From the NCBI GenBank assembly GCA_951406725.2, contig OX597818.1:30690001-30754000 (forward strand): 64,000 nucleotides of DNA, given 5' to 3'. The notes beneath the pieces are model-generated. The model saw only the letters and a list, made by a program, of their open reading frames with translations. It was not told the DNA's origin and did no database searches. Made by a program: the position numbers and the translations under genes. Source of the DNA: Octopus vulgaris. Lineage: Eukaryota. Position 1 is the stretch's first letter; every line of letters starts with the position of its first letter. Below, piece by piece: positions 63,546 through 64,000 of this stretch.

Positions 63546-64000
63546 AAATGTATAACTGCAGTTATTCACAGAAAAAAAACTATTGCTTTACCGTGAGAAA
63601 AGCGCTGTTGAAGTGTTATGTGAAATTTGGCAATCGAGGATCGAATCCACACTATGCATGCATGAAGCCACTACAAATACGTTGTGGAATAAAAAATTTA
63701 TCTACTGTCATGGAAAAAGTGTAACTGTAAAAATGCAGAATTATCGGAGTAATGGGCATTCAAAAAAGTATGTATGTATAGAAATGTATGAATGAAGTCT
63801 TTAATGATTAAGATTCAAATTAAGGAAGTGCAATAATAATGTTTAGCAGTTGAAAACTGTGAGTAGTGAAATGTAGAATTAGGTCGGCTGATCGTGAGAA
63901 TCAAATATTGATCGCTTCGCTAAAATCTGCAGGTAGTATGGGCTATTTCTCTTGGGTTGTTTAAATAAAATATTAGTAATATGTAGTAGATAGAAAGATC

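Overview
AT-rich, repeat-saturated eukaryotic DNA. The repeat families and (TA)n/(CA)n/(CATA)n/(TAA)n density suggest a cephalopod (Octopus-like) genome, which is an inference. There is no intact multi-exon gene. The one well-supported cellular coding piece is a 92-bp Kelch-repeat exon on the minus strand (61575-61666). The rest is transposon debris: three tRNA-derived SINE families, RTE, R4/Dong-type, CR1-like and ORF1-only retroelement fragments, a Penelope-like GIY-YIG element, Helitrons, a hAT (KIAA1586-like) transposase relic, a mariner relic, and MITEs with 8-bp TSDs that carry TTAGGG repeats. The most notable structure is a 2.06-kb non-coding array (46913-48971) of a ~536-bp unit in tandem plus inverted arrangement between (TA)n tracts. 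It holds four intact type-I hammerhead ribozyme motifs spaced one unit apart within each arm, as in a retrozyme or Penelope pseudo-LTR. Further intact and variant hammerheads occur across the window. A SINE subfamily also appears to insert repeatedly into fixed sites of its own family's head. All calls come from reading the sequence by eye; no searches were run and boundaries of degraded repeats are approximate.
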